This document shows, in pieces, positions 39,563 through 48,800 of a stretch of DNA of 64,000 bases. A program made the translations under genes and the position numbers. Origin of the DNA: Schmidtea nova (taxonomy: Eukaryota); assembly GCA_044892505.1 (NCBI GenBank), contig CM097883.1, positions 201,438,001 through 201,502,000 on the forward strand, read 5' to 3'. How positions within the stretch are numbered: position 1 is the first letter of the stretch; every line of letters starts with the position of its first letter. The notes beneath the pieces are model-generated. The model did not search any database. It was not told where the DNA came from and was given only the letters and a program-made list of their open reading frames with translations.

Positions 39563-39580
39563 TGGGAGCTCAGCCGGGAT
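39563..39580 (+). other. Primer binding site, tRNA-Pro-like
   Basis: TGGGAGCTCAGCCGGGAT matches the classical tRNA-Pro PBS TGGGGGCTCGTCCGGGAT at 15/18 positions. Confidence 0.7.
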
Positions 39581-40118
39581 TAAATCGATCGTTGTGTGAA
39601 AAAGTGAATTCGATATCTGCGGACAGTTTTAGAGCGCATGAACCGGGATGAAATTGAATTAGTGAGGAAAAGTAAAGTAAAGAATGATAGAGGGTTTGAG
39701 GATCCTGAAGCAAGAATGAATCGGGTTGAAAAATAATAAATAAAAGTATGAGTGTAAAAGAATGAGAATGATGAGAATGATGAAAGGATGCATGAGAATG
39801 AAAGTATGAATGATAACGGAATGGAAGTATGAGGACGAATGAAGTATGATGAATAGTATGTGGAGTAACAGTATGAAAAGTGACAAAAGGTATGCATGAC
39901 GCAATATAAAAGTATGTTGAAAGGTATGCATGAAAATGATATGAATGTAGACAACTAACAATGATCATGTCGGGGCGACATTCAAGAACACGGGGGGATA
40001 CGCAAGTAACGACGTAAAACAGAACAACAGAAAGCGAACAGTAGGACTACCATAGAATAGGAATGATAAATGATAAATAAAAATCGAAAACCAAATTTAA
40101 TGAGAATTCGTTCAGGGG

Positions 40119-40577
40119 ATGGAGAACAAAACAAAAGAAATGCAAACGTTTTTCGAAACAAACAACGAAACAGTGGAGACAATAATGAGGAAGTTAAGAC
40201 GACTCGAGGTAGGAGAATATCACGAACCGACAAACAACACAGAAAGAGCCGAAAGGATGATGAGCTTAAGTGAGAATAAGAACACAGTGGATACAGCAAC
40301 ACGATATCAATGGTATAGAGAAAGATTAAACAACCCTGAGATGAATATCGAGTGCCACAGGCTAGAACAACAGATTGCAACAAAACACGACGAGTGGATA
40401 AGAAGAACAACCGAACATACGAGACAATATCTGACGTGTTACATCTGTGAAATAAACAAAATACAGATAATGTTGTTGCCGTGTGGGCATTTTCGATTCT
40501 GTAATGAATGTAAAATAAATGAACAATGTCCTATGTGCAACCTTCCCGTATCCGAGAAAATAACAGTGTACTTGTAA
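40119..40577 (+). CDS. RING finger protein (IAP/MDM2-type C-terminal C3HC4 RING), 152 aa, no BIR
   Basis: CYICEINKIQIMLLPCGHFRFCNECKINEQCPMCNLPVSEKITVYL at the extreme C-terminus. Confidence 0.85.
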   Translation: MENKTKEMQTFFETNNETVETIMRKLRRLEVGEYHEPTNNTERAERMMSLSENKNTVDTATRYQWYRERLNNPEMNIECHRLEQQIATKHDEWIRRTTEHTRQYLTCYICEINKIQIMLLPCGHFRFCNECKINEQCPMCNLPVSEKITVYL

Positions 40578-41278
40578 TAGAAATAAAGTTTTGAACAAGT
40601 GCAGTTGTTATTGAAATTATGAGGGTTTAATAATGATTTGGTAAAAATGACCTAAGTAATAATGAGCTACTCACGAGTAGTCCGATAAGCACCCATTGGG
40701 GGGAACCAACTGATCAACTCACCCGAGATGTGTAGAAAGGGATCCAATCGCGGATATTGGAAAGCTCTTGTGATGTGACTGATCACCACATCGTGCATCA
40801 GTGGACCAATGCGATCTTTTTATATATTTTGGTTGGGGTGAAAGGTAAGGACAACTCAATGAGGTTTAGGCGCGCGCAGAAAAACTATAAAAAATAGGAC
40901 GATAAACTGATCAGTAAAGAGAGAGAGAAAGCAATGAAATGAGTAAGATGAGTAGAGAAATGGGGTATATGATGAAAGGCACGTAATCAGCTCGCATAGA
41001 CTAAAATCACGTAGAGAGGTTGACGAATCGATAATAGAATAAAGGGGTGTAATAGATGAGCCGAGTAAGTGAAAAACTCGAGGGTTAAATGAAATCCTTG
41101 AAAGAAAGGAAATGATAAAAGGGGTCCTAGAGAGAAAGGATTTGCCCATAGTTCTTGAAAGATAGAACTTAACGAAACACGACAATAGATTCTCCGAAGA
41201 AGCATAAGTGACCAATGAGAGGAACATCTCGAAGCAACACATGCAACCACTGAGAGATGATATTTCGAGTTTTCGTTC

Positions 41279-41875
41279 GTGAGCATAGGTCTCATAGTGA
41301 GCATAGGTCTCGTCATAAAAATAACATCCTAGTGAGCATAGGTCTCGTCATAAAACACAACATCATAGTGAGCATAGTTCTCGTCCGTAAATATAAATCT
41401 CGTAGTGAGCAGAGTTCTCATTAATAAACACAAGACCAGCGAACATAGTCCTCATCAGTGAGCGTAGTTCTCATCAACAAACATAGTCACCACAGTGAGC
41501 TTAGTTCTCATCAGGAAACATAATTCCTGTAGTCACCATCAGTGAGCATAGTTCTCATCAGGGAACATAGTCCCCGGAGCAAAGAGTTTCCATCAGTAAG
41601 CAAAACCCTCATAACAACCATGTTTTGCCAGTGAGCATAGTTCTCGTCAGTGAGCATAGTTCTCGTCAGTGAGCATAGTTCTCGTCAGTGAGCATAGTTC
41701 TCGTCAGTGAGCATAGTTCTCGTCAGTGAGCATAGTTCTCGTCAGTGAGCATAGTTCTCGTCAGTGAGCATAGTTCTCGTCAGTGAGCATAGTTCTCGTC
41801 AGGGAGCATAGTTCTCGTCATTGAACATAGTTCTCGTTAGTGAGCATAGTTCTCAGCGGTGAGCATAGTTCTCGT
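41279..41875 (+). repeat. 19-bp tandem array (CAGTGAGCATAGTTCTCGT) with degenerate upstream copies
   Basis: 9 perfect units 41629-41799, 4 variant units to 41875, dispersed variants 41279-41620. Confidence 0.95.
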
Positions 41876-42202
41876 TCGAAATAAAATATTGAGTAAAAGC
41901 CCACGAGAAAGACGACGAAGTGAGGCAGATGAGGACCAAATTAAGCACAAAACTATCCGGATAGAAAAGATCAACAAGTGATAATGGAGATGAATAAATA
42001 ATAATGAGGATAAATGATGAATAGTGAAAATGAATAGCGAATAATGAGGAATAAGGGTTGAAAGAAACCGAATTAATAACGAAAGAATTGAAGGTGCGCA
42101 CCTGAGTATTGATAAATGCGAGTAAAGCTGATTATGTGGCCTAATGATGTTAAAGTATGCATACAAGGAGGAGTAGCAAAGTAAAGTGAGTAAGTGAAGG
42201 GT

Positions 42203-42665
42203 GCTGACTGAAAAACCCAGCAGACCATGAGATTCGATGGGAATAAAAGGAAACCGGTTTGTTAAGACAGGTAAAGTGGTAAAGACGCTAGCTGGAAAAC
42301 CCAGCAGGTCAATGATAACGATCAGGAAAGATCGAGAGAATAAAAGGGAGTAATAATAAAGTAGTAAAATTGAGGACGCTGACTGGAAGACCCAGCAGGT
42401 CAAAAGTGATGATCATCGGAGTAAAGAACAGGTAAAAGTCGACAGTGAAGAGATAAAGGGTGGATAAAAAGAGCGCTGACTGGAAAAACCCAGCAGGCTA
42501 ATGAAACGACAATTGAGGTCGAGAATAATGAAGCAGAAGTAAAAGGTAAGATTAAAAGCGCTGACTGGAAAACCCAGCAGGCTAATGAGATAATGAGTGA
42601 AGTTGAAAGAAACAGAGTTCGAGATAAAAGGCGAGATTAAAGGTGCTGACTGGAAAACCCAGCAG
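42203..42665 (+). repeat. Six regularly spaced copies of hairpin motif GCTGACTGGAAAACCCAGCAG
   Basis: Copies start at 42203, 42287, 42378, 42475, 42560 and 42645 (spacing 84-97 nt). Confidence 0.9.
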
Positions 42666-43626
42666 GTCAACGAGAGATGTCAGTGGAATCAAAGGTGAGA
42701 AGAGATGGGAATTGAAATGAAGTAGTAAACGCAGTGTGAATAGGAAATAAAGCGAATAGTTGAGAAATAGAGTAGTCGACAGATAAGGGGAGATTTGAAC
42801 TCAGAGCCAGAGAAGCCTGAGAAAAGTAAAGGGGATAATAAGAGCGCTGAGCGACAAAGTAATTGGGGAACTGGGGAAAAGTAATTGGTGTATTTGATAA
42901 TGAATAGATAATTGATACGACTGCATAGATAATTTAAATAGACTTAAAATCAAGGGAAATGGGAAAAATGGGGATCTTCATGAATTATGACTACACCCGT
43001 GAGAGGGACGAGAAACACGATAACGGGGACGTATCGTGTAAGTGATTATTTGTTTTAAGGAAACAAATCAATCAAGCAATTCAAAGCAATCTAGCAGTCA
43101 GAGCAATCAAAGGAAACAAATCAAAGAAGAAGCAAAACAAAAGCGAAGTAGAAAATCAGTTGAGAATATAAGAAGTTGAGGAATAGACAAAATTGCGGAA
43201 CGCGAAACAAGGACAGGTATAATACCAATCCTAACAGAAGCAGAAAGAAAAGCAGCAAAAAGGGCAAAAGCAGCAGCTAAATTAGCGCAACAAAAGGTCG
43301 ACACAGAAGCGATCTTAACCGAAGAAGAAAGAAAAGCAGCGAAAAAGACAAGGCCAGGAAATAAAGCAGCGCAACTGAAGAACAAACCAGCAGAGATCAG
43401 CGATAATTCGAGTAATAAAGAGAATCAAGAAGAAATCCCAGAGGATCCAGAAGTACCAAACGAAGAAGAAACGATAGACAGTGAACTAGTCAGTGAAAAC
43501 AGAACAAGAAGCGAATCAAGAGATAACGAAACAGACAATAGTGAAGAAGAAGAGTTGAATCCAGAAACAAGTGGTGAAATAGAAGCAAAGAAAACTAGTA
43601 CAGTATTCCAAGATAGTGGAATCGGG

Positions 43627-45447
43627 ATGAGTGATCACAGAGAGGATCTAAGAGAAAAATTCAAGGGCGAACCATTCAATGGAGACGCCAGTAGATTGGA
43701 CACGTTTCTGAAGGAGTTTGGCATATTTGTGGATATATGCGGATGGAGTGCAGAAACGTTGGCAAATCGAATCCCGCTATACTTGAAAGATAGCGCATTG
43801 GATCTGTATATTGAAAAGCGATCTGGAAGTAGTCCACCCAGAACGTGGGAAGCGATCAAGGAGTTCTTCCAACAGACGTTTGGGATAAACAAAGTGCTGA
43901 ATGAAGCATTCGATGAGTTTTCAGCAAGAAAACAAAGGAGAAACGAGTCAAATGCGGTGTACGCAAGTGAACTGAGAAAGTTGGCGAAACTGGCGTTCAA
44001 CAGAGGAAGTCCAGTAGATGAGGAATTGATGACAGCGTTATTCGTACGAGGTCTCAGGAGACCTGACATCAGAGCACAAGTGGGATGCAAAGGATGTAAA
44101 ACAGTAGACGAAGCGTTGGAAGCAGCCAACCTATTCGAATTGCATATGGCAATGAACGACATGAGAATTACGGCGGTAATGGGAAAAACGACAGAAGATG
44201 AAGAACAAGGAAAAAGAAATATGAATCAAAGTATTCCCCATTCGCAGAGATTGTTCAAAGAACCGCCAGCGAGGAAGAATAACGGATATATCACGGTGAA
44301 CACGAATGGAGGAAATAGTTACAATGACAGGCAGAATAGGCAATGTCAGACGTGTGGGAAAAACGGACATTGGCAACAAGATTGTTTTCAGAATGTAGCC
44401 TGTAAACTGTGTGGACAAAAAGGTCACTCAGAAAATCGATGTTATGGGAAAACGTGTTACACATGTGGAAAAACCGGACACATGTCAAGAGACTGTAATC
44501 AACAGAGAAGTTGGTCAAACAGTGGAAATAGACCGAATTACGGGAATCGACCAAGCTATGGGAATCAGGGTCAACAACGGAATAACCCAAACAGCAGTGC
44601 AAACGAAGCTAGTATGAAAGAAGCCAAGTTGAGACAGGAGGTATCCAGATTACACGAGATAATCGAAAGCATGGCAAAGGGGAGCCAGCAAGCTGCTCAA
44701 CCAAAGATAAACATGATCCAGTTAATAGAAGCTGAGGCCGAAAGAGAGAATAGAGAAAGCCAACAGAAACATAATCAAGAATGGGCTAGAGTACGACGAG
44801 AAGAAGAACAAGTCAGGCAACAACGATTACAACAGTTAAAAAAGGGAAATCCAAGGATCAACATGATGCGAGCAATGATGGAAGAGAAGCAGCAGGATGA
44901 GTCAGACGAGTTAGAAGTTAAAGAGAAAAGAAACGAAGAGCAGAAACAAGAAGAAGTGAATCAGGAAGTAGAAGTCGCAGAGCAGAATCAAAAGGATGAA
45001 GAAGTAGAAAAAGAAACAGAAACAGAAAAAGAAGTAGAAAAAGAAACGAATCAAGAAGAGGAAGTGAGAATCAAACAAAGAGGAATGTTGGTGATCATGC
45101 CGAATGATCACGTATGGCGATTCAAATATGATGTAAAAGAAGAAGTAGGAAGACTGTTCAACAAAGTAAATGAGATGATTCCGGGAGTAACGAAACTGCC
45201 CAGAGAAGCATTCCTACAAACAGAGGATTTACCGGAAGTAAAGTTGAAGATGACTGATATATGGGAAGATATGGGAGTAACAGAGACGAAAATGAACGTG
45301 ATGATCATCAGAGAGGTGGAACCGGAGAAAATCCCACCACCAGTGAAACATCAAACCCGGATCAGTCGAATATTCAAGGGAAAAATAAGACGAAGACGGT
45401 TGGAAGAAAAAACGAATTGGAGAAAAGAATGGGAAAAGCTGAAATAA
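43627..45447 (+). CDS. gag: Gag (capsid + three CCHC zinc knuckles + acidic/coiled tail); frame open from 43180
   Basis: PFNGD..LDTFL..LYLKDSALDLY..TWEAIKEFF..KQRRNES..YASELRKLA; CQTCGKNGHWQQDC, CKLCGQKGHSENRC, CYTCGKTGHMSRDC (44344-44496). Confidence 0.92.
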   Translation: MSDHREDLREKFKGEPFNGDASRLDTFLKEFGIFVDICGWSAETLANRIPLYLKDSALDLYIEKRSGSSPPRTWEAIKEFFQQTFGINKVLNEAFDEFSARKQRRNESNAVYASELRKLAKLAFNRGSPVDEELMTALFVRGLRRPDIRAQVGCKGCKTVDEALEAANLFELHMAMNDMRITAVMGKTTEDEEQGKRNMNQSIPHSQRLFKEPPARKNNGYITVNTNGGNSYNDRQNRQCQTCGKNGHWQQDCFQNVACKLCGQKGHSENRCYGKTCYTCGKTGHMSRDCNQQRSWSNSGNRPNYGNRPSYGNQGQQRNNPNSSANEASMKEAKLRQEVSRLHEIIESMAKGSQQAAQPKINMIQLIEAEAERENRESQQKHNQEWARVRREEEQVRQQRLQQLKKGNPRINMMRAMMEEKQQDESDELEVKEKRNEEQKQEEVNQEVEVAEQNQKDEEVEKETETEKEVEKETNQEEEVRIKQRGMLVIMPNDHVWRFKYDVKEEVGRLFNKVNEMIPGVTKLPREAFLQTEDLPEVKLKMTDIWEDMGVTETKMNVMIIREVEPEKIPPPVKHQTRISRIFKGKIRRRRLEEKTNWRKEWEKLK

Positions 45448-45803
45448 CGAGAAACGAAAATGAACTAATACAGGAAGTTAGCAAAAACGAAACGAGACCA
45501 ACCGCACATATTGGGATGCTGAGACACCCAAGACAAGAGTTGTCAGATGAAGAAGACGACAGCGAAGTTAGCAGTCTGGCAGGAGACATGCTAAAGGAAC
45601 CGGAAAACGAGGACAAAAAGATGGAAGTAGTCGAGACAATAGAAACGATGTCAGTAAAGGAAGACGAAATTCAGAAGTTGATGGATAATGCGTTAGAAGT
45701 AATCCATAACGAGGAGTATATCGACAAGAAACGATACCGAAAGTTCATACGAGCAGTATGGCAAATGAAGTATAAAGAGTGGTTACAAGAAAGAGAAGTG
45801 TGA
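45261..45803 (+). CDS. Linker ORF in the pol frame, overlapping the gag end (-1 relative to gag)
   Basis: Same frame as the 4234-aa ORF and separated from it only by TGA 45801-45803; acidic protein-like sequence. Confidence 0.55.
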   Translation: MGRYGSNRDENERDDHQRGGTGENPTTSETSNPDQSNIQGKNKTKTVGRKNELEKRMGKAEITRNENELIQEVSKNETRPTAHIGMLRHPRQELSDEEDDSEVSSLAGDMLKEPENEDKKMEVVETIETMSVKEDEIQKLMDNALEVIHNEEYIDKKRYRKFIRAVWQMKYKEWLQEREV

Positions 45804-45830
45804 GTAATACAGGAGTTCATAGAGAAGTTA

Positions 45831-48800
45831 TTGAAAGAACCACTCAACGAATACGTAGTACAAATATGGATAAACGAGTGTTCACCGAGAATCTGGATAA
45901 GGAACCCAATGACGGATGGAATTTACAGATGGGTTGAGGACAGATTGGGAAGCTCCTACAAAGACAAATTCATATATTCGGAAAACGGATTGGTGAGAAA
46001 AGGAACGCATATGATAGACACAGGCATCTGGCCAGGAGAAATAACGACGTTATCTATATGCAACACCAAAAAGGAAGAGAACTTACAAGGGATCGTCAAA
46101 GAAGCGAATATGTGTTACGAGATGAGAATAAAACCTCAGTTGATAGAGACAAAAGAGAGAATCTTGGCGGAGAATTTGAATACGATGATAGAACAGATCA
46201 TCCAGCAAATCAAGAAACATCGAAAGGAATTGACGAAAAGCGAGTATGAGAATTTGAAGCAATGTATCGAGACCATACGAGATACAAGTCAAACGAGGCA
46301 TTCAAACTTCAAAACGGACAAGCTAATCGCAAAGATGGGAAAAGAAATGTTTAAAAGAGGAGAAGTATCAGATCTGAAGATTACCGTGAGATTACCGAAT
46401 GAAGAGACAAGACAAATTGAGGTAATACCAGATAGTAAAGTAGGAGAAATAGTAGATGTCATCAATGAGACGATATTACAACGAGAACGGGAAGATGAAC
46501 TCGAGGATGACATCGCTATAAAATACAAAGAACATCTACTGAACGAACGTGACGAAAGACGAGCGTACAAAATCGGCATATGGGATAATTATCAGACAAT
46601 ACATGTCATCAGAATGGATGATGTGCAAAGAGCAACACCAAGAGATGAGGAAAGGAAAAAGAAACGACAAGAGGACGTTATGCGCAAGTTGAGGCAGATA
46701 GTAGAAATCTATCGTAAATGGCAGATGAAGCCAGAATGGGAGACAATATTGGGAGAATTGGATCTTAACAGACGACGATTGACGCCAGTAGAGAAGCAAT
46801 GGGATAACAAAGAGAAATGTTGGAAAGTGAAAAGAGGCGTGTATGAAGAAGATCCAGAAGGAGAAGACAGATATGAAACGAATACGAAACGGATATGTAT
46901 GGTAACAAGGAGGTTATTACCAACGGACTTAGACGAACCAGAAACTGCAGTAATATGGGCAGAATTGGAGAAACAGAAAACGAATGAATTAATCGAGCTG
47001 TTGAGAGGAAATACTCGGAGAAAAAGACAAACAATAAAAGGCTTAGCACAATTCATAATCACAAATGGAGAAGACATGACGAACTTGAGAAAAGCAGCTA
47101 AAGCGATAGCAGAATACAAGAGAGTTAACGAGTGGTGTCCAGAGCAACTAGACGATGTAATAAAAAAGTGGAGAAACAAAGAGTTTGCGGAAGAAACGCC
47201 ACAGAAAATACATTTGAGGATAATGTATCCAAATCAGAGAAAAGAAGAGTTTTGGGTGATGCTAACAGAAAAAGTGAAGAGTGTTAAAGAGAAACTGATG
47301 TATGAACTACCATTCCACCTGCAACATCAAGGACGATCGTTAGATAACAGTTTGGAAATCTGGCTGACACCAGTACAATTGGATCTAATGAATACGCTAA
47401 CAGTGGCACAGATAGTGGGTCAACCACTGAAGTTTAAAGAGGAAAAGAAAGCGAAAGGAAGCATGAGTACACCAAGTCCGATGAAGTCAACAATGACCAC
47501 AGGAACAAGTTCGGGACAAGCAAGGACAACACCAATAAAAACGAGAGAGAGAACACCGCCAGAAGCGTATGACGTCGATGAGATACTAACAGACAGTGAT
47601 GAAGCGATAGAAGAATTAACAAAGTTGACTCAAAAACCAACGGCGAATATTTTTGACAGAATAATAGAGATGCCAATAACGTCACCAGCAGAAATCGACG
47701 ATCAAGGAGTGGAACAGGAGGTAGTCATAGAAATGGTAAACGATTCGGAAGAAGAGCAAGAACAACCACAGTTTACTCAAGAAATGGAAAGATGGTTAGA
47801 ACAACGAGCAAACGAGGGAAGAGATGTTACAGAAGAAACCGGAAGAGCAACGAGATTTGTAGAAACCGGAACTGGAATGGAAAAACGACCAAGAGGAAGA
47901 CCAAAGATAGACCCAACAACAGCAATTCCAAAGACAAGGGAAGAAAGGAGACAAGAGCAATGGGAGACTTGCTTGAAGAAACTGGATAAAATCGCAGAGA
48001 TCAGAGGCAAAGAGGAGAATCAAGTCTGCCAAGGAGAAGAATGGCTCACCAAAACGATAATGGATGTGTTAGCGATAATTGATCCAGAATTAAGGAATTT
48101 GTGGCGGATAAACGAACCTAGTACAAAGGCAAAGATGCTACACAATGCGATAGCACCAATTATGCCAGAATTGATAAAAGCAAAAACAAAATCGAATCAT
48201 CTAGATTGGCAAGGAACCACGATGTTAATAAAAAGGCTACTTAACGGAGCAGAAACGGACACCAAATATCTAGTAGCAATCTCGTATACGATATACAATC
48301 TACTAACGCTAAGCCGAGGGAGTCCGAAGTCAAGTCCGATGGGAAGACATATCAAAAATACGGCGATGATTATCGAGAAGGAAATTGAACCATATATCCT
48401 CAGAAAAGGAGGATGGGAGAAGTTCATAAAAGAAAACCAGGCGAAAGAAGGTTCTAACGTGATGAGAAAGAAACTCGAAGGAGTATTGAGAGAAATGGAG
48501 AATAGACAAACGATGCAAGGAAACGGAAGATCGACGTTGAATCTAAATTCGATAATCATGATGATGTTAGTATGGTTGTTAAGCACAGAAGGTGTAACAA
48601 CTTTCGAGGTATTTGACTGTGATCAAATGAAGTTGGGAGAAAAGTACTCATTGAGAGGTACGGAGCAATGCAAAGATGCAACTCCAGTAGAGTTAAAAGA
48701 GATTAAAAAAGAACAATGGTACCACGTATATCAAGAGGCAGAACTAATAAAGACAATGGTGAATGAATGCAAAGTGCAAAAGACGAGATTCGCATTCTAT

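Noticed and set aside
41279-41620. Repeat-spacer-repeat pattern resembling a CRISPR array
   Set aside because: Repeats are only 18-19 nt, spacers resemble each other and degenerate units, the pattern grades into a pure tandem array, there are no cas genes, and the context is eukaryotic.
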